The translations under genes were made by a program, and so were the position numbers. Of a DNA stretch of 64,000 nucleotides, positions 52,575-64,000 are shown piece by piece. The first letter of the stretch is position 1. The number at the start of each line of letters is the position of its first letter. The notes beneath the pieces were generated by a model. That model ran no database searches, was not told where the DNA came from, and saw nothing but the letters and a program-made list of their open reading frames with translations. This DNA is from Rickettsiales bacterium (GTDB taxonomy: Bacteria > Pseudomonadota > Alphaproteobacteria > Rickettsiales > UBA1997). Where the stretch lies: positions 8,808-72,807 of the forward strand of contig CANNFC010000001.1 in NCBI GenBank assembly GCA_947503755.1. Direction: 5' to 3'.

Positions 52575-53066
52575 TTATGCATTTTTAACTGGATATAAAG
52601 AAACAGAATCGGTTTGTTTTTGTCGATATTCTTGTAATTTTATAGCAAGTTTTTCATCTTGTAAAGCCAAAATAGCAATTGCCAACAAAGCAGAGTTTTT
52701 TGCCCCCGACTCACCAATTGCCAAGGTGCCAACCGGAACTCCTGCAGGCATTTGCACAATAGAAAGCAAAGAATCGAAACCAAACATATTTCGACTAACA
52801 ATTGGCACCCCCAAAACAGGCAAATCGGTGAGGGCAGAAGCCATGCCGGGTAGGTGAGCGGCACCACCAGCGGCAGCGATAATAATTTGAAAACCTTGTT
52901 GTTTGGCGGTTTGGCAAAATTGATATAGCCTGTGCGGAGTGCGATGAGCAGAAACTATTAGAGTTTCAAATGCAACATCAAATTGTTGCAAAATTTCTTC
53001 GGCATGGTGCATCACAGCATAATCAGATTGGCTACCCATAATGATAGCTATTGATTTTTTGTTCAT
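52575..53066 (-). CDS. purE: N5-carboxyaminoimidazole ribonucleotide mutase
   Basis: The 163-aa protein has [14 protein letters not shown] and [10 protein letters not shown]. Confidence 0.9.
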   Translation of the reverse strand: MNKKSIAIIMGSQSDYAVMHHAEEILQQFDVAFETLIVSAHRTPHRLYQFCQTAKQQGFQIIIAAAGGAAHLPGMASALTDLPVLGVPIVSRNMFGFDSLLSIVQMPAGVPVGTLAIGESGAKNSALLAIAILALQDEKLAIKLQEYRQKQTDSVSLYPVKNA

Positions 53067-53069
53067 AGA

Positions 53070-53867
53070 TTAAGATTTGCGATCTGCGATTTTTTGTTTA
53101 ATTTTGCCAATTATTTTTGCAGGATTTAAGCCTTTCGGACAACTTTGAGTGCAGTTCATAATGGTGTGGCAACGATAAAGTTTGAAAGGATCTTCGAGAT
53201 CGTCGAGCCTTTTTTCTGTTTCTTCGTCTCGAGAATCAAAAATCCACCTACCAGCTTGCAACAACACAGCTGGGCCAAGATATTTTTCGGAGTTCCACCA
53301 ATAGCTAGGGCAAGAAGTAGAGCAACAAGCACATAAAATGCATTCATATAAACCATCGAGCTGTTCTCTTTCTTCTGGTGATTGTAATCTTTCAGAGTTG
53401 AGATTGCTTGGTTCTGGCGATTGCATCCATGGTTTTATAGATTTGTATTGCTCATAAAAATGGCTAAGATCTGGCACTAGATCTTTGATAACGGGCATAT
53501 GAGGCAATGGGTAAATTTTTACCACATTAGATTTGCAATCAGAAATTGATTTGGTGCAAGCAAGAGTATTGCTACCATCAATGTTCATAGCACAAGAACC
53601 GCAAATACCTTCGCGACAAGATTTGCGAAAAGTTAAAGAAGAATCTTGCTCGGATTTGATTTTGATGAGAGCATCAAGCACCATTGGGCCACATTTATCG
53701 ATATCGATTTCGAAACGATCGATGTAGGGATTTTGATATTGGGGATCTTCGGGATTGTAGCGATAAATTTCAAGAGTGCAAATGTTTTTGGCATCAGCAC
53801 TAGCTTTGTGAGTTTTGCCTTTGGTTTTATCTATTTGGGAATTTTTAGGAAGAGTAAATTCGGCCAT
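53070..53867 (-). CDS. sdhB: Succinate dehydrogenase iron-sulfur subunit
   Basis: The Cys clusters [21 protein letters not shown] and [12 protein letters not shown] are present. Confidence 0.95.
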   Translation of the reverse strand: MAEFTLPKNSQIDKTKGKTHKASADAKNICTLEIYRYNPEDPQYQNPYIDRFEIDIDKCGPMVLDALIKIKSEQDSSLTFRKSCREGICGSCAMNIDGSNTLACTKSISDCKSNVVKIYPLPHMPVIKDLVPDLSHFYEQYKSIKPWMQSPEPSNLNSERLQSPEEREQLDGLYECILCACCSTSCPSYWWNSEKYLGPAVLLQAGRWIFDSRDEETEKRLDDLEDPFKLYRCHTIMNCTQSCPKGLNPAKIIGKIKQKIADRKS

Positions 53868-53914
53868 ATATTTGTTATGTTGATTAATAAGTTTATTTTT
53901 TTGATGTTTTTTTG

Positions 53915-54808
53915 TTATAGTTCTAATATTTTTGGTTCTGAGGAAAGAGGTTTTGCATTTGCTGAAGATAACTGATGATATTGAATAGATTCAAGCATAA
54001 GAGTTTTCTGATTAAATATTGACATTTCATTTAGCCAGTTTATGACTTCCTGAGAACTAATTTGATTGATGGTAATCTTTCCATCTTGGAAGTCTAAAAT
54101 TTGGTTATAGTTATCTTGATTTTTAAAAAAAGATTCTATGACACGATTTGTTGTTGCTTGTTTAATTAGTTCTATTTTTTCATCAAATATTGTTTTTATT
54201 TCTGCTTTTGTTTTTTGTGGAAAGATTTTTTGTAATCTTAATAAAGCTATTTTTTTTAAATCATCATCTTCTAAGGATTGTAAACTAGTTTCAAAAGCAT
54301 CTACACCGTATAAAAAAAATTCTAATGGTTCTATTTCAAGACTAAGATTATCAATATCTAATATTTTAATTTTTTTACCATAAACAACAGCATTAACCTC
54401 GCCAGGATATTCTGGAGTATTTGTGGGAGCTAAATCTCCAGCTACACCCATAATGCTTGCTAAAGCTAAATCATTTTTCAGCTGTTGAGAAGATTTTTTC
54501 TTAAGATGTTTTATTAATTGAATATATTCTTTTTCTGGATCGTTAATAGTATGTAATATAGAAATGATAGCATCATTGGTAATTGTTTTTATTTGTGGTG
54601 GTAATAATGTTAAAAACAAATTTTGTTTTTGCAAAAATGTAAGACATTCTAAGTTAGATTTTGTTATTCTTGCTGTAAAATCACCCAATGGCGGAGTCAA
54701 AAGTCTGATATGTTCATTACTTTCTTTATTAATAGAAGAATAAGTTCTGTCTGGGTCATGACTAGATGCGGATGTCAAAACAAATAATCCTAGGAGAAAT
54801 TTATTCAT
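53915..54808 (-). CDS. Orphan hypothetical exported protein inserted between sdhA and sdhB
   Basis: The ORF is 297 aa with an N-terminal signal-like [17 protein letters not shown] recognised no motif. It is visibly more AT-rich than the flanking sdh genes. Confidence 0.55.
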   Translation of the reverse strand: MNKFLLGLFVLTSASSHDPDRTYSSINKESNEHIRLLTPPLGDFTARITKSNLECLTFLQKQNLFLTLLPPQIKTITNDAIISILHTINDPEKEYIQLIKHLKKKSSQQLKNDLALASIMGVAGDLAPTNTPEYPGEVNAVVYGKKIKILDIDNLSLEIEPLEFFLYGVDAFETSLQSLEDDDLKKIALLRLQKIFPQKTKAEIKTIFDEKIELIKQATTNRVIESFFKNQDNYNQILDFQDGKITINQISSQEVINWLNEMSIFNQKTLMLESIQYHQLSSANAKPLSSEPKILEL

Positions 54809-54825
54809 AAAAAATCATTAAAAAA

Positions 54826-56625
54826 TTAATAAACTCTTTTTTTAGGAGGGAAAGCAGAAACCTCGTTGGTAAGAGGTTTTAAAATCACCTCGCGATAATC
54901 GATTTTTAAAGAACCAACCTCGTTGCACCACATAATAGTGTGTTTTAGCCAGTTTTCATCGTCTCTTTCTTTAAAATCTTCTCGAGCATGGGCACCCCTG
55001 CTTTCTTTGCGATTTAAAGCAGAAGCGATAGTTACCAGTGCTTGTGATCTTAAATTATCGAGTTCTAAGGCTTCAATTAAATCGGAGTTCCATATCAAAC
55101 CTCTATCGCTGATGGCAAGATCAGAAAAACTATGAAAAATTTCTTGCATTTTAGTTTGACCTTGTTGCAATAAACTTTCGGTGCGAAACACTGCAGCATG
55201 TTTTTGCATACAGTTTTGCATTTCTGACTTAATTTTTGCAGTCGATAAAGCACCTTTGGCATATCTGATTTTATCGAGTCTGGCAATAGATTGTTCTCCT
55301 TCGTTGCCTGTGAAATGCTCTTGTTTGGTATTTGGTTTAACGATTTCAGAAGCTCTAATGGCTGCCGATCTGCCAAAAACCACAAGATCAAGCAAAGAAT
55401 TTGAGCCGAGCCTGTTGGCACCGTGCACAGAAACACAAGCCGCTTCACCAATTGCCATAAGGCCCGGCACCACGGTTGCTTGACCGTTTTTGATGTTAAG
55501 AACTTCGCCTTTGTAGTTGGTTGGAATGCCACCCATATTGTAATGGACTGTTGGCAATACTGGTATTGGTTGTTTGGTAAGATCAACTCCGGCAAAAATT
55601 TTAGCAGTTTCAGAAATACCTGGTAGTCTTTGATGTAAAACAGCGGGATCGAGATGGTTTAAATGTAAAAAAATATGATCTTTGTTTTCGCCAACTCCTC
55701 TGCCTTCTATAATTTCCATGGTCATCGCTCTAGAAACCACATCGCGACTGGCTAAATCTTTAGCAGATGGAGCATATCTTTCCATAAATCTCTCGCCAGC
55801 AGAATTAACTAAATAACCACCTTCGCCCCTTGCCCCTTCGGTAATTAAGCAACCAGATCCATAAATGCCTGTTGGGTGAAATTGCACAAATTCCATATCT
55901 TGTAAAGGCAAGCCAGCTCTTAAAGCCATAGCATTGCCGTCACCAGTGCAGGTGTGAGCGGAAGTGGCAGAAAAATAGGCTCGACCATAACCGCCAGTTG
56001 CCAACACAACCAATTGGGCTTTAAAACGATGAATATTACCATCAACCATAGAAATGGCAGTTACTCCTTGACAAACACCATTTTCCATAATTAAATCGAG
56101 GGCAAAAAATTCGATAAAAAATTTTGCATTATGTTTTAAAGACTGCTGATAAAGAGTGTGCAAAATGGCATGCCCAGTGCGATCGGCGGCGGCACATGTT
56201 CGTTGAGCTGGCCCGCCCTCGCCATATTTGGTGGTCATGCCACCGAATGGTCTTTGATAGATTTTGCCTTCTTTTGTGCGAGAAAATGGCACACCGTAGT
56301 GCTCAAGTTCAATGATAGCATCGGGTGCTTCTTTGCACATATATTCGATGGCATCTTGATCGCCAAGCCAATCGGAGCCTTTGATAGTGTCAAACATATG
56401 CCATCTCCAGTCATCTTCGCCCATATTGCCAAGAGCTGCCGAAATGCCACCTTGAGCAGCCACAGTGTGAGAGCGAGTTGGAAAAACTTTGCTAATGCAA
56501 GCGGTGTTTAGACCTTTTTGAGCCATACCAAAAGTTGCTCTTAAGCCAGCACCACCAGCGCCGACAACTAAAACATCGAATTGATGATCGGTAACAGAAT
56601 AATTGGCAATTTTTTTGTCAGACAT
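54826..56625 (-). CDS. sdhA: Succinate dehydrogenase flavoprotein subunit
   Basis: The FAD-binding [11 protein letters not shown], the covalent-FAD His region [10 protein letters not shown] and HPTG are present. It is 599 aa long. Confidence 0.95.
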   Translation of the reverse strand: MSDKKIANYSVTDHQFDVLVVGAGGAGLRATFGMAQKGLNTACISKVFPTRSHTVAAQGGISAALGNMGEDDWRWHMFDTIKGSDWLGDQDAIEYMCKEAPDAIIELEHYGVPFSRTKEGKIYQRPFGGMTTKYGEGGPAQRTCAAADRTGHAILHTLYQQSLKHNAKFFIEFFALDLIMENGVCQGVTAISMVDGNIHRFKAQLVVLATGGYGRAYFSATSAHTCTGDGNAMALRAGLPLQDMEFVQFHPTGIYGSGCLITEGARGEGGYLVNSAGERFMERYAPSAKDLASRDVVSRAMTMEIIEGRGVGENKDHIFLHLNHLDPAVLHQRLPGISETAKIFAGVDLTKQPIPVLPTVHYNMGGIPTNYKGEVLNIKNGQATVVPGLMAIGEAACVSVHGANRLGSNSLLDLVVFGRSAAIRASEIVKPNTKQEHFTGNEGEQSIARLDKIRYAKGALSTAKIKSEMQNCMQKHAAVFRTESLLQQGQTKMQEIFHSFSDLAISDRGLIWNSDLIEALELDNLRSQALVTIASALNRKESRGAHAREDFKERDDENWLKHTIMWCNEVGSLKIDYREVILKPLTNEVSAFPPKKRVY

Positions 56626-56627
56626 AA

Positions 56628-56990
56628 TTAATTAGTAATATGAAGTTTTAAAATGGCAATGCAAACAGCAACAGAGGTGGTGATAGAAATAAAGTTAACC
56701 AGCATTACATAAAAATGCACCTTAGCTTTGTTGGTGATATAATCTTCGATGATAACTTGCAAGCCTAGTGAGCCGTGATAAAAGCCAAAACAGAAAAATA
56801 ATATTCCCATAAAAGCATTAAGAGGGTAAGAAAAAAAGATTGGTAAATAACCTTGTGGATCAAGACCAATATTGACAAAAGAAAGGATTAGCCAAATAAC
56901 CAAAGGAATTAAAGCTACAGCAGAAACTTTTTGTAATAACCAGTGCTGAAAGCCATGTTTGGTGGAAGGAGCGATTTTTGTTTTTTTCAT
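56628..56990 (-). CDS. sdhD: Succinate dehydrogenase membrane anchor subunit SdhD
   Basis: The 120-aa protein has three TM segments. It lies between sdhC and sdhA. Confidence 0.8.
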   Translation of the reverse strand: MKKTKIAPSTKHGFQHWLLQKVSAVALIPLVIWLILSFVNIGLDPQGYLPIFFSYPLNAFMGILFFCFGFYHGSLGLQVIIEDYITNKAKVHFYVMLVNFISITTSVAVCIAILKLHITN

Positions 56991-56993
56991 ATT

Positions 56994-57404
56994 TTAGAAA
57001 AATTTAAGATAAACAGCGATAGAAACCGTGATTATAGTGAGTAGGAGAGCTAAAAAAATAACTAAGTAACCAGTTTTTTTGGCAGTTTTTAGTTCAAAAC
57101 CTTTGCCGATATCCCAAAATAAATGACGAATGCCGTTGCAAAAATGATAGTATAGACAAAAAGCAGAACTAATTATTGCTCCGCAAAATAAAATGTGAAC
57201 TATTTGAGTAAAAAAACAGTCGCAATCAAGTTTGTTGTTTGGGCTGGTGTTGTAAGTGTAATAAAAAATGCCCCAAGCCATAAAAACCAAAGCAACATAA
57301 AGAGTAACACCAGTTAAACGGTGCATAATAGAAGTGAGAGAAGAAATATTCCAACGATATATTTGCAGGTGAGGCGATGTTGGTTTTGCTTTGTTTGGTT
57401 GCAT
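56994..57404 (-). CDS. sdhC: Succinate dehydrogenase cytochrome b556 subunit SdhC
   Basis: The 136-aa protein has SPHLQIY and the HRLTG motif. It is the first gene of the sdh cluster. Confidence 0.85.
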   Translation of the reverse strand: MQPNKAKPTSPHLQIYRWNISSLTSIMHRLTGVTLYVALVFMAWGIFYYTYNTSPNNKLDCDCFFTQIVHILFCGAIISSAFCLYYHFCNGIRHLFWDIGKGFELKTAKKTGYLVIFLALLLTIITVSIAVYLKFF

Positions 57405-57518
57405 GAAAAAAATAATTATAATGTTTTATAAAAAAATATTTTGCTTTTTTAAAAGTTAATTTTAACATCGATTTTTTTTTTGGCAACTAAAAATTTGTAA
57501 AATTTTATTTTATATTGA

Positions 57519-58571
57519 TTATGGAAAAATTGGCAGTAAATTTAGGCCAGTTCTTTCGTCGATGCCAAAAATATTGTTAAAATTTTGCACTGCTTGCCCC
57601 GAAGCTCCTTTTACCAAATTATCTAGCACCGACACAATAATTGCTTTGTTTTTATTGTTGCCAGCAGAAATATTGATGAGGCACATATTGGTGTTGACGA
57701 CATCTTTTAAACTCGGCAAATGCTCAACTAAATGTACAAAATATTCGCCGTCATATTTTGTGGCTAGGCAATTTTTGAGATCTTGATGGGTAAAATTTGG
57801 TAAAATATCAACATAAATAGTAGAAATAATGCCTCTATTTACTGGCAATAAATGTGGGGTAAATTCTGGATTAACTTCTTGATTACAAGCCAAGCTAAGT
57901 TCTTGCGAAATTTCGCCTAAATGGCGGTGGTTGCCGATGCTATAAGCCTTCACCGATTCGTTGACTTCGCAAAATAAATTGTTGGTTTTTAAAGATCGGC
58001 CAGCCCCAGAAGTGCCCGACTTGGCATCGATAATAATGTTGTGTGGGTTGATTAAATTATTAACTAACAGCGGATACAAGGGCAACAAAACCGAAGTTGG
58101 ATAGCAACCAGGGCAAGAGATTATTTGTTTTTTAGCAAGTTGGTGGCGATAAATTTCGGTGAGAGCATAAACCGCTTTTTCTTGCAAGTGCTTGGCTAAA
58201 TGCTGATGTTGATACCATTTTTGATAATCGTCGGTGTTTTTTAGGCGAAAATCTGCTGATAAATCGATGATTTTTAGATGCTGATTTTTCTTATTGACAA
58301 GTAGTTTTAGGCAAGTTTCTTGGGTTGTGGTGTGGGGCAGGCACATAAAAACTGCTTGTATTTTGCTAAAATCTACTGCTTCAATGTTTTGCATAATTGG
58401 CAAATTTTGCAAAGCTAAATGCTGATAAATAGAGCTAATTTCGCAATTGGCATAGCTGTTGGCAACAAGAGCCGAAATTTCGACCTGTGGATGTTGCAAA
58501 AGCAAGCGAATAAGCTCAACACCAGTGTAGCCCGAAGCCCCAACAATGGCAATTTTAATTTTTTCTGACAT
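57519..58571 (-). CDS. argC: N-acetyl-gamma-glutamyl-phosphate reductase
   Basis: The NAD-binding IVGASGYTG and the catalytic Cys motif CPGCYPT are present. Confidence 0.9.
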   Translation of the reverse strand: MSEKIKIAIVGASGYTGVELIRLLLQHPQVEISALVANSYANCEISSIYQHLALQNLPIMQNIEAVDFSKIQAVFMCLPHTTTQETCLKLLVNKKNQHLKIIDLSADFRLKNTDDYQKWYQHQHLAKHLQEKAVYALTEIYRHQLAKKQIISCPGCYPTSVLLPLYPLLVNNLINPHNIIIDAKSGTSGAGRSLKTNNLFCEVNESVKAYSIGNHRHLGEISQELSLACNQEVNPEFTPHLLPVNRGIISTIYVDILPNFTHQDLKNCLATKYDGEYFVHLVEHLPSLKDVVNTNMCLINISAGNNKNKAIIVSVLDNLVKGASGQAVQNFNNIFGIDERTGLNLLPIFP

Positions 58572-58679
58572 TTTTTTGTGACTTATTTATAAATTTAAAT
58601 TTATATCATTTTAATTTTCTAAAATTTTTTTTGCAAGTTTTGTAATTAAATATTTTTTCTTAAATAACTTTTTTAATGT

Positions 58680-60086
58680 CTATAACATATCTCGATGTTG
58701 TTCTTTTAAAGCTTCGCCACTAAGCCATCTTTCTTCTGCTGCTTGATAAGATCTATTTGCTTGCTCATAAGCTTTTTGCAAGGCTGAAAGACGAGCAAAT
58801 TCATCCATCGGGAGATCATAATTATCTTTGGCTCTTTTGAGAATTTTCATTGTAAGTTTTTCTGTTTGCTCATGGGTAAGGTGCAGTCCTTCGCATAAAT
58901 ATTCTAAACAAATGCCGTTAACATTGCTAGTATCGGTTATGTTATGCAGTAAATTATAATAATAACCTCTTGTTTGTGGATTATGTGTCGCATGTTTTGG
59001 ACTATCTTCTTTTAAAATAAAAGATACAGCTTGTAAAACTTCTGATAAGAAACTAACTTCAAATATACTATAAAAATTAGCTTTCTTAGGTAAAGAGCAA
59101 GTTGCGCTAGGAGTTGTTGCTGGCTTTGAACCAGATGAAGATACTTGAGAAGAGGCGGTTTTTGTATCGCTATCTTGAGATGGTGCATAATCCATTTATG
59201 TTAAGAATGCCCTAGTTAAATTTGCGGCAAATTCTTTAATTTCGCGTGCCTGAGATATTTTGATAGTTCCTTTAGGAGTTCTTTTTTCTTTTGTGTTAAA
59301 TTGTTGACAAAGTTTTTGTTGTTGTTCATAAAATTGTTGCACCAAAGTATCTGCATCATCATCCACATCTATTGTTGATGGTGATGAATTCTTAGTTGGT
59401 TATTTTTCTGCTGGCATTGTTTTAGTTGCGCTTGAAGCGGATAATTTTGTTTGACGAGCTTTTAATGCATCTTGAAGAAAACTTTTTCGACCATCAATAG
59501 ATTCAACCAAATCATCGATATTTCTTGCATCTTCTTCTTTTGTTTTTGCTGTTTCCCCTTGTTTTTTTGATTCTCCTCTGTTTCTTTTAGTTTTCGCACC
59601 CATTTTTCGTGCACTTTGAAGAGGCAAATTAGTATTTTCGACTTTTTTTTGCACTTCTTTAATACAATTTTCTCGAAACGTATCAATACAATTCAAATTT
59701 TTAGCTCCAATAGAAAGAGATTTTGGTATTTGTGTTGAAAATTTTTCTGCAACTTCTTTAATATTAACTTCATGTTTTTTTCCTTTTTGATAAGATTTTA
59801 CAGAAGATTTTTGTGTATTTTCAAAATCAAAATACGATTGTATCGTTACCTCATTTTTTTGAAAATAATCTAACATAGAAACTATTCTACCATCTTTTAC
59901 AGTAATTTTTGTATAATGTTCTTGTTGTTTATATTCAATTACACCATTTAATAAAGTAGCTTTTTCATCTAGATGTTTTTCATCAAAACTCCCTCTAAAA
60001 ACAACTTCTTTACCAGTAGTAGGTGATTTTAAACTTTGTAAAGTTAATATTCCATGATCATTATCTACTCTATAAATATGTTTCAA
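58680..60086 (-). pseudogene. Orphan reading frame broken into three collinear, same-frame pieces by two TAA codons (59400-59402 and 59196-59198)
   Basis: The pieces of 228, 67 and 171 codons all share one frame. I translated the 67-codon middle piece by hand and found no stop and no ATG. The first piece begins with TTG directly beside repeat fragment G. Confidence 0.6.
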
Positions 60087-60107
60087 GCATACTTTGCAAT
60101 CTTCAAT

Positions 60108-60179
60108 ACACTACCTTGGTCTTTTTCCATAAGCTATCGCTTATGAAAAAATCGACCACTTCTAAAAAAGGGGAATTTT
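60108..60179. repeat. Repeat fragment G (right half of an R1-type element)
   Basis: acactaccttggtctttttccataagctatcgcttatgaaaaaatcgaccacttctaaaaaaggggaatttt parallels 42009-42072. Confidence 0.8.
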
Positions 60180-60202
60180 ATTTCCAGTGCTTTTGTGTAT
60201 TT

Positions 60203-61114
60203 TTAGATTTTTTGAAATTGCAAAACCCTGGTGATGCCAGATAAATCTTTGTAGTTGTTGATGTGTTGCCATTTGCCAGATTGTTGAAAAATTTCTAGTA
60301 CCGATTTTGCTTGTTGATAGCCAATTTCGGTAAATAAATGACCTTTTGAGGTTAAAAAATCACTAGCTAGCTTCGCAATTTGTTGATAAAAATATAAACC
60401 ATCTTCTTTGCCATCTAAGGCAAGAAATGGCTCAAAATTTTGTACTTCTGCTTGTAAAGTAGTGATTTTTGCTGTTTCAATGTAGGGCGGGTTGGTGATG
60501 ATTAAATCAAAAAAATCAACATATTTTGGGAGGCCAGAAAATAAATTGCTAGTAATAAATTGGCAACGATCTTTTAATAGATGAATTTTAGCATTTTTTC
60601 TTGCTATTGTCACAGCATTTTTATTGATGTCGCAAGCAACTAATGAGCTGTTAAAAATATTTTTTAGCAATGCAATCCCTAAGCAACCAGAGCCACAGCA
60701 TAAATCTAAAACTTGCCAATGATTATTTGATGTTGGTAAATTATCTTGACAATATTTTATTGCCTGTTCTACTAAAATTTCTGAATCCGGTCGAGGAATT
60801 AGGGTGTGTTTATTGACAAAAAAATCGAGATTAAAAAATTCTTTATGCCCCAATAAATAAGCTATGGGCTGATGATTTTTTCTTTTTGCAACTAATTTAC
60901 AGAAGATGTTGAATTGAGAAATAGAAATTGGTTGATCTTGATTAAAGATAAGGTGTTCTTTTGAAAAAGAAGTGGCTTTTTGCAAAAGCAAAATGCAATC
61001 TAGATAAGAATTTTCGATATTCTCTAACTGTTGTTTGGCTTGTTGTAAAGCATAACCAACAGTTAGAGAATTGATTTTATTTAACAGCATCAACAATTTT
61101 TTGGGCAGCATCAT
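60203..61114 (-). CDS. prmC: Release-factor glutamine N5-methyltransferase PrmC/HemK
   Basis: The SAM motif [12 protein letters not shown] and the catalytic ITNPPYI are present. The exact start is uncertain (Met at 61114, 61111 or 61090). It overlaps the sucC 3' end. Confidence 0.85.
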   Translation of the reverse strand: MMLPKKLLMLLNKINSLTVGYALQQAKQQLENIENSYLDCILLLQKATSFSKEHLIFNQDQPISISQFNIFCKLVAKRKNHQPIAYLLGHKEFFNLDFFVNKHTLIPRPDSEILVEQAIKYCQDNLPTSNNHWQVLDLCCGSGCLGIALLKNIFNSSLVACDINKNAVTIARKNAKIHLLKDRCQFITSNLFSGLPKYVDFFDLIITNPPYIETAKITTLQAEVQNFEPFLALDGKEDGLYFYQQIAKLASDFLTSKGHLFTEIGYQQAKSVLEIFQQSGKWQHINNYKDLSGITRVLQFQKI

Positions 61115-62246
61115 CTAGATCGTTAGCAGGAATAATTGCTAAACCAGATTTTGCCAATATTTCTTTGCCTAAATCAACATTAGTGCCTTCAAGACGAACC
61201 ACCAAAGGAATATTTAAACTCACTTCTTTAGCGGCTTCGATAATGCCATTGGCAATAATATCGCATCGCATAATGCCACCAAAAATATTTACCAAAATAC
61301 CTTTGACATTTGGATCGGAAAGAATAATTTTAAAGGCCGCGGTTACTTTTTCTTTGGTTGCACCACCGCCAACATCAAGAAAATTAGCAGGTGAAGAGCC
61401 GTAAAGCTTGATGATATCCATAGTTGCCATCGCCAAACCGGCGCCATTAACCATACAACCGATTTTACCATCCATTTTTACATAGTTAAGGTCATATTTG
61501 GAGGCTTCGATTTCAAGAGGATCTTCTTCGTCGAGATCTCTTAAAGATTTGATTTCTTCGTGGCGATATAGGGCATTATCGTCGAAGTTAATTTTGGCAT
61601 CAAGAGCGATAATATCGCCTTCTTGAGTTTCAACTAACGGGTTGATTTCGACTTGTGAAGCATCTTTGGCTAAAAATAAATTATATAAAGAAACCACTAA
61701 TTTGCTGAATTTTTTGAGAGTTTCGCCAGAAAAACCAAGAGCGAAACCTAGTTTGCGAGTGTGGCAAGGTTGAATGCCTGTAGCAATATCAATAACGGTA
61801 CTTACAATTTTTTCGGGATGATGAATGGCAACTTCTTCAATTTCAACCCCGCCTTCGGTGGAAGCCATAAAAACAATGGTTTTGCTTTTTCTATCGACAA
61901 CCGCAGATAGGTAGTATTCTTGTTTAATATTTGAGCCAGACTCAATGTAGAGTCTTTTTACTTCTTTGCCTTCGGGCCCTGTTTGGTGAGTAACCAAAAT
62001 TTTGCCTAAAATTTCTTTGGCTTTTTCATTAACTTCGTCGATGGTTTTGACTACTTTTACTCCGCCAGCTTTGCCTCTGCCACCAGCATGAATTTGAGCT
62101 TTTACCACAAAAACTTTATAACCTGATGCTTGTAATTTTTTGGCAGATTCTACCGCTTCTGGCACAGTGAATGCAGGATAGCCTTCGGGCACTGCGATGC
62201 CAAATTCTTTTAATAAAGACTTGGCTTGATATTCATGAATGTTCAT
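61077..62246 (-). CDS. sucC: Succinyl-CoA synthetase beta subunit
   Basis: [17 protein letters not shown], an ATP-grasp domain and the C-terminal [14 protein letters not shown] are present. Confidence 0.95.
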   Translation of the reverse strand: MNIHEYQAKSLLKEFGIAVPEGYPAFTVPEAVESAKKLQASGYKVFVVKAQIHAGGRGKAGGVKVVKTIDEVNEKAKEILGKILVTHQTGPEGKEVKRLYIESGSNIKQEYYLSAVVDRKSKTIVFMASTEGGVEIEEVAIHHPEKIVSTVIDIATGIQPCHTRKLGFALGFSGETLKKFSKLVVSLYNLFLAKDASQVEINPLVETQEGDIIALDAKINFDDNALYRHEEIKSLRDLDEEDPLEIEASKYDLNYVKMDGKIGCMVNGAGLAMATMDIIKLYGSSPANFLDVGGGATKEKVTAAFKIILSDPNVKGILVNIFGGIMRCDIIANGIIEAAKEVSLNIPLVVRLEGTNVDLGKEILAKSGLAIIPANDLDDAAQKIVDAVK

Positions 62247-62324
62247 TTGGTTGAAAAATTTAAAATTAAAAAATTAAAAAAATTTTAGTTCTCAAAAAAT
62301 TAAAAGCAATATGTTTTTGATGAA

Positions 62325-64000
62325 TTAAATTAAAAAATTGACGAGTTTTTTGGGTACGATGATGGTTTTTTTGATGTTGCTATTGGTTAAAAATTTTGCT
62401 ACATTAATATTTGCCAAACATAATTTTTCGAGCTCTTGGTTAGTTATTTCGGCATCAACATCTAGAACTGCCCTTAATTTTGAATTAACCTGCACTGCAA
62501 TTTTGATGGTATTATTTTGTAATAAATTTTCATCAAATACAACGAAAGACTGGTTGGCAAGCAGGTTGGTTTTGCCTAATATTTGCCATAATTCTTCGGT
62601 GAGATGCGGGGTGACTGGATTGAGTAAAATTAACAAAGATTCTAAAGCGAAAGCCATTAAATTGGCATCAAGAGGGCTTTGCACAACAAATTTTTCGAGA
62701 TGGTTTGAAAGTTCTCGAATTTTGGCAATTGCTGAATTAAACAATATTTTTGAATATTGCAACTTTACTGCATAAATGGTTTTGTGAATTAATTCTAATA
62801 ATTCTTGTTGTGTGCTGTTGAAATTTTGATTGTTGGTGCTATCAAAATAAGTGATTTTGGCTGGTAAATGAGGCAAGAAACCTTGATAAAGCTTAAACAA
62901 GCGAGTTAAATAACGAAAACAGCCTTCAATGCCAGCATTTGACCAGTCTAGATCTCTTGAAACTGGGCTATCAGACATCATAAATAGCCGAGCGGTATCG
63001 GCACCGTATTGCTCTATTATTTCGGCTGGTTCAACGACATTTTTTTTTGATTTACTCATTTTTTCGGATCGACCAACTATCGCTGGTTGTTTGGTGGCAA
63101 TTTCAAGTGGTGGAGTGCTAGAAAAATCAACTTGTTTAGGATGCAACCATTTGCCTTGCTGGTTTTTGTAGGTGGCATGGCAGACCATACCTTGAGTAAG
63201 TAAGTTTAAAAAAGGCTCGGTTAAATTAAGGTAGCCACATTTTTTGAGGGCTTTTACAAAAAATCGAGCATAAAGCAAGTGCAAAACTGCATGCTCAACT
63301 CCACCAATGTATTGGTCAACTGGCAATGTTTGGGATATTTCTTGGCTATCAAATGGTTTGTCTGGTGTAAGAGAAGCGAACCTTAAAAAATACCAAGAGC
63401 TTTCAAAAAAAGTATCGAAAGTGTCGGTTTCGCGAATGGCAGGAGAAGTTTTGCCACAAGGAGAAGTGTAGGTGGTGTATTTCCAGGTTGGGTGATTGGC
63501 AAGAGGGTTGCCGGGCTTAGAAAAATCGATATCTTCGGGCAGTTCAACAGGTAGTTGATTTGACGGAACTGGCACTACCGAACCATCGGATAAATATAAG
63601 ATAGGAATAGGACAGCCCCAATATCTTTGCCGAGAAATGCCCCAATCACGAAGGCGGTAATTGGTTTTTTCGCAAGCGATGCCCAGCTTAACAAAGTGTT
63701 GATTGATTTTTTGCTTGGCTTCTTGACAATTTAAACCATCAAGAAAACCAGAATTGATTAGGGTTCCTTCGCTTTGACAATAGGGCAGGGTGGTTGCTTG
63801 TAAATTTTCGCAGAAAGTGTTTTGCACCACTTGTTTGATGGGTAAATGATATTTGGTGGCAAATTCAAAATCTCGCTCATCATGGGCGGGACAGGCAAAA
63901 ATTGCTCCTTCGCCATATTCAAGTAAAATAAAATTAGCAATAAAAACTGGTAATTCTTGTTGATTGGCAGGGTTGATGGCTACTAAACCAGTGTTGATGC
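62325..64000 (-). CDS. leuS: Leucyl-tRNA synthetase, C-terminal part; the 5' end lies beyond the window
   Basis: The KMSKS loop (KMSKSKKN) is present. The frame stays open through the listed GTG at 63830 to the window edge (…[38 protein letters not shown]…). Confidence 0.9.
   Translation of the reverse strand, partial: INTGLVAINPANQQELPVFIANFILLEYGEGAIFACPAHDERDFEFATKYHLPIKQVVQNTFCENLQATTLPYCQSEGTLINSGFLDGLNCQEAKQKINQHFVKLGIACEKTNYRLRDWGISRQRYWGCPIPILYLSDGSVVPVPSNQLPVELPEDIDFSKPGNPLANHPTWKYTTYTSPCGKTSPAIRETDTFDTFFESSWYFLRFASLTPDKPFDSQEISQTLPVDQYIGGVEHAVLHLLYARFFVKALKKCGYLNLTEPFLNLLTQGMVCHATYKNQQGKWLHPKQVDFSSTPPLEIATKQPAIVGRSEKMSKSKKNVVEPAEIIEQYGADTARLFMMSDSPVSRDLDWSNAGIEGCFRYLTRLFKLYQGFLPHLPAKITYFDSTNNQNFNSTQQELLELIHKTIYAVKLQYSKILFNSAIAKIRELSNHLEKFVVQSPLDANLMAFALESLLILLNPVTPHLTEELWQILGKTNLLANQSFVVFDENLLQNNTIKIAVQVNSKLRAVLDVDAEITNQELEKLCLANINVAKFLTNSNIKKTIIVPKKLVNFLI

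Noticed and set aside
55095-55595. Long antisense or alternative-frame ORFs inside well-supported genes, for example the 166-aa ORF within sdhA and others in ftsH, carB, leuS, mod and res.
   Set aside because: They are nested in strongly supported genes, have no recognisable motifs and are low-complexity. They were treated as spurious.
63758-63940. An apparent break in leuS: the ORF track starts the leuS ORF at 63830 and lists another-frame ORF at 63758-63940.
   Set aside because: The listed start is an internal GTG (Val). My translation shows the same frame stays open to the window edge with a canonical LeuS sequence, so there is no frameshift.

Overview
This window is an AT-rich bacterial chromosome segment. 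Hand counts give about 40% GC in core genes and 19-27% in accessory genes. The gene content looks alphaproteobacterial and like an intracellular symbiont (Rickettsiales/Holosporales type). That placement is an inference from gene content (sdhCDAB, hflKC-htrA, membrane-anchored cytochrome c, large NAD-GDH, tonB-exbBD, scrambled operons), not from a database search. About 50 housekeeping genes can be called from motifs in the supplied translations. I found no rRNA, tRNA, CRISPR array, transposase or integrase. The accessory content has four parts. (1) There are three restriction-modification loci. The first is a Type III res-mod cassette (5243-9592) bounded by a 27-29 bp direct repeat that duplicates the start of the neighbouring sensor-kinase gene. 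The second is a short CcrM/HinfI-like methyltransferase translationally coupled to an uncharacterised PD-(D/E)XK-like ORF (30593-32166). The third is a 1116-aa single-chain Type IIG/IIL enzyme (38417-41767) flanked by a perfect 62-bp inverted repeat. (2) A modular, nested, highly palindromic MITE-like repeat family occupies seven intergenic loci. One copy has perfect 51-bp terminal inverted repeats (41866-42159). Another copy abuts the premature end of purL. (3) Several genes show signs of erosion. purL and carB are present only as N-terminal halves. One orphan reading frame is broken by two in-frame TAA codons (58680-60086). The pst and suc operons are fragmented. (4) Several orphan, probably exported or effector-like ORFs are present. 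One ends in a eukaryote-type CaaX box, and one splits sdhA from sdhB. All functional calls rest on motifs read from the translations, and no homology search was possible.
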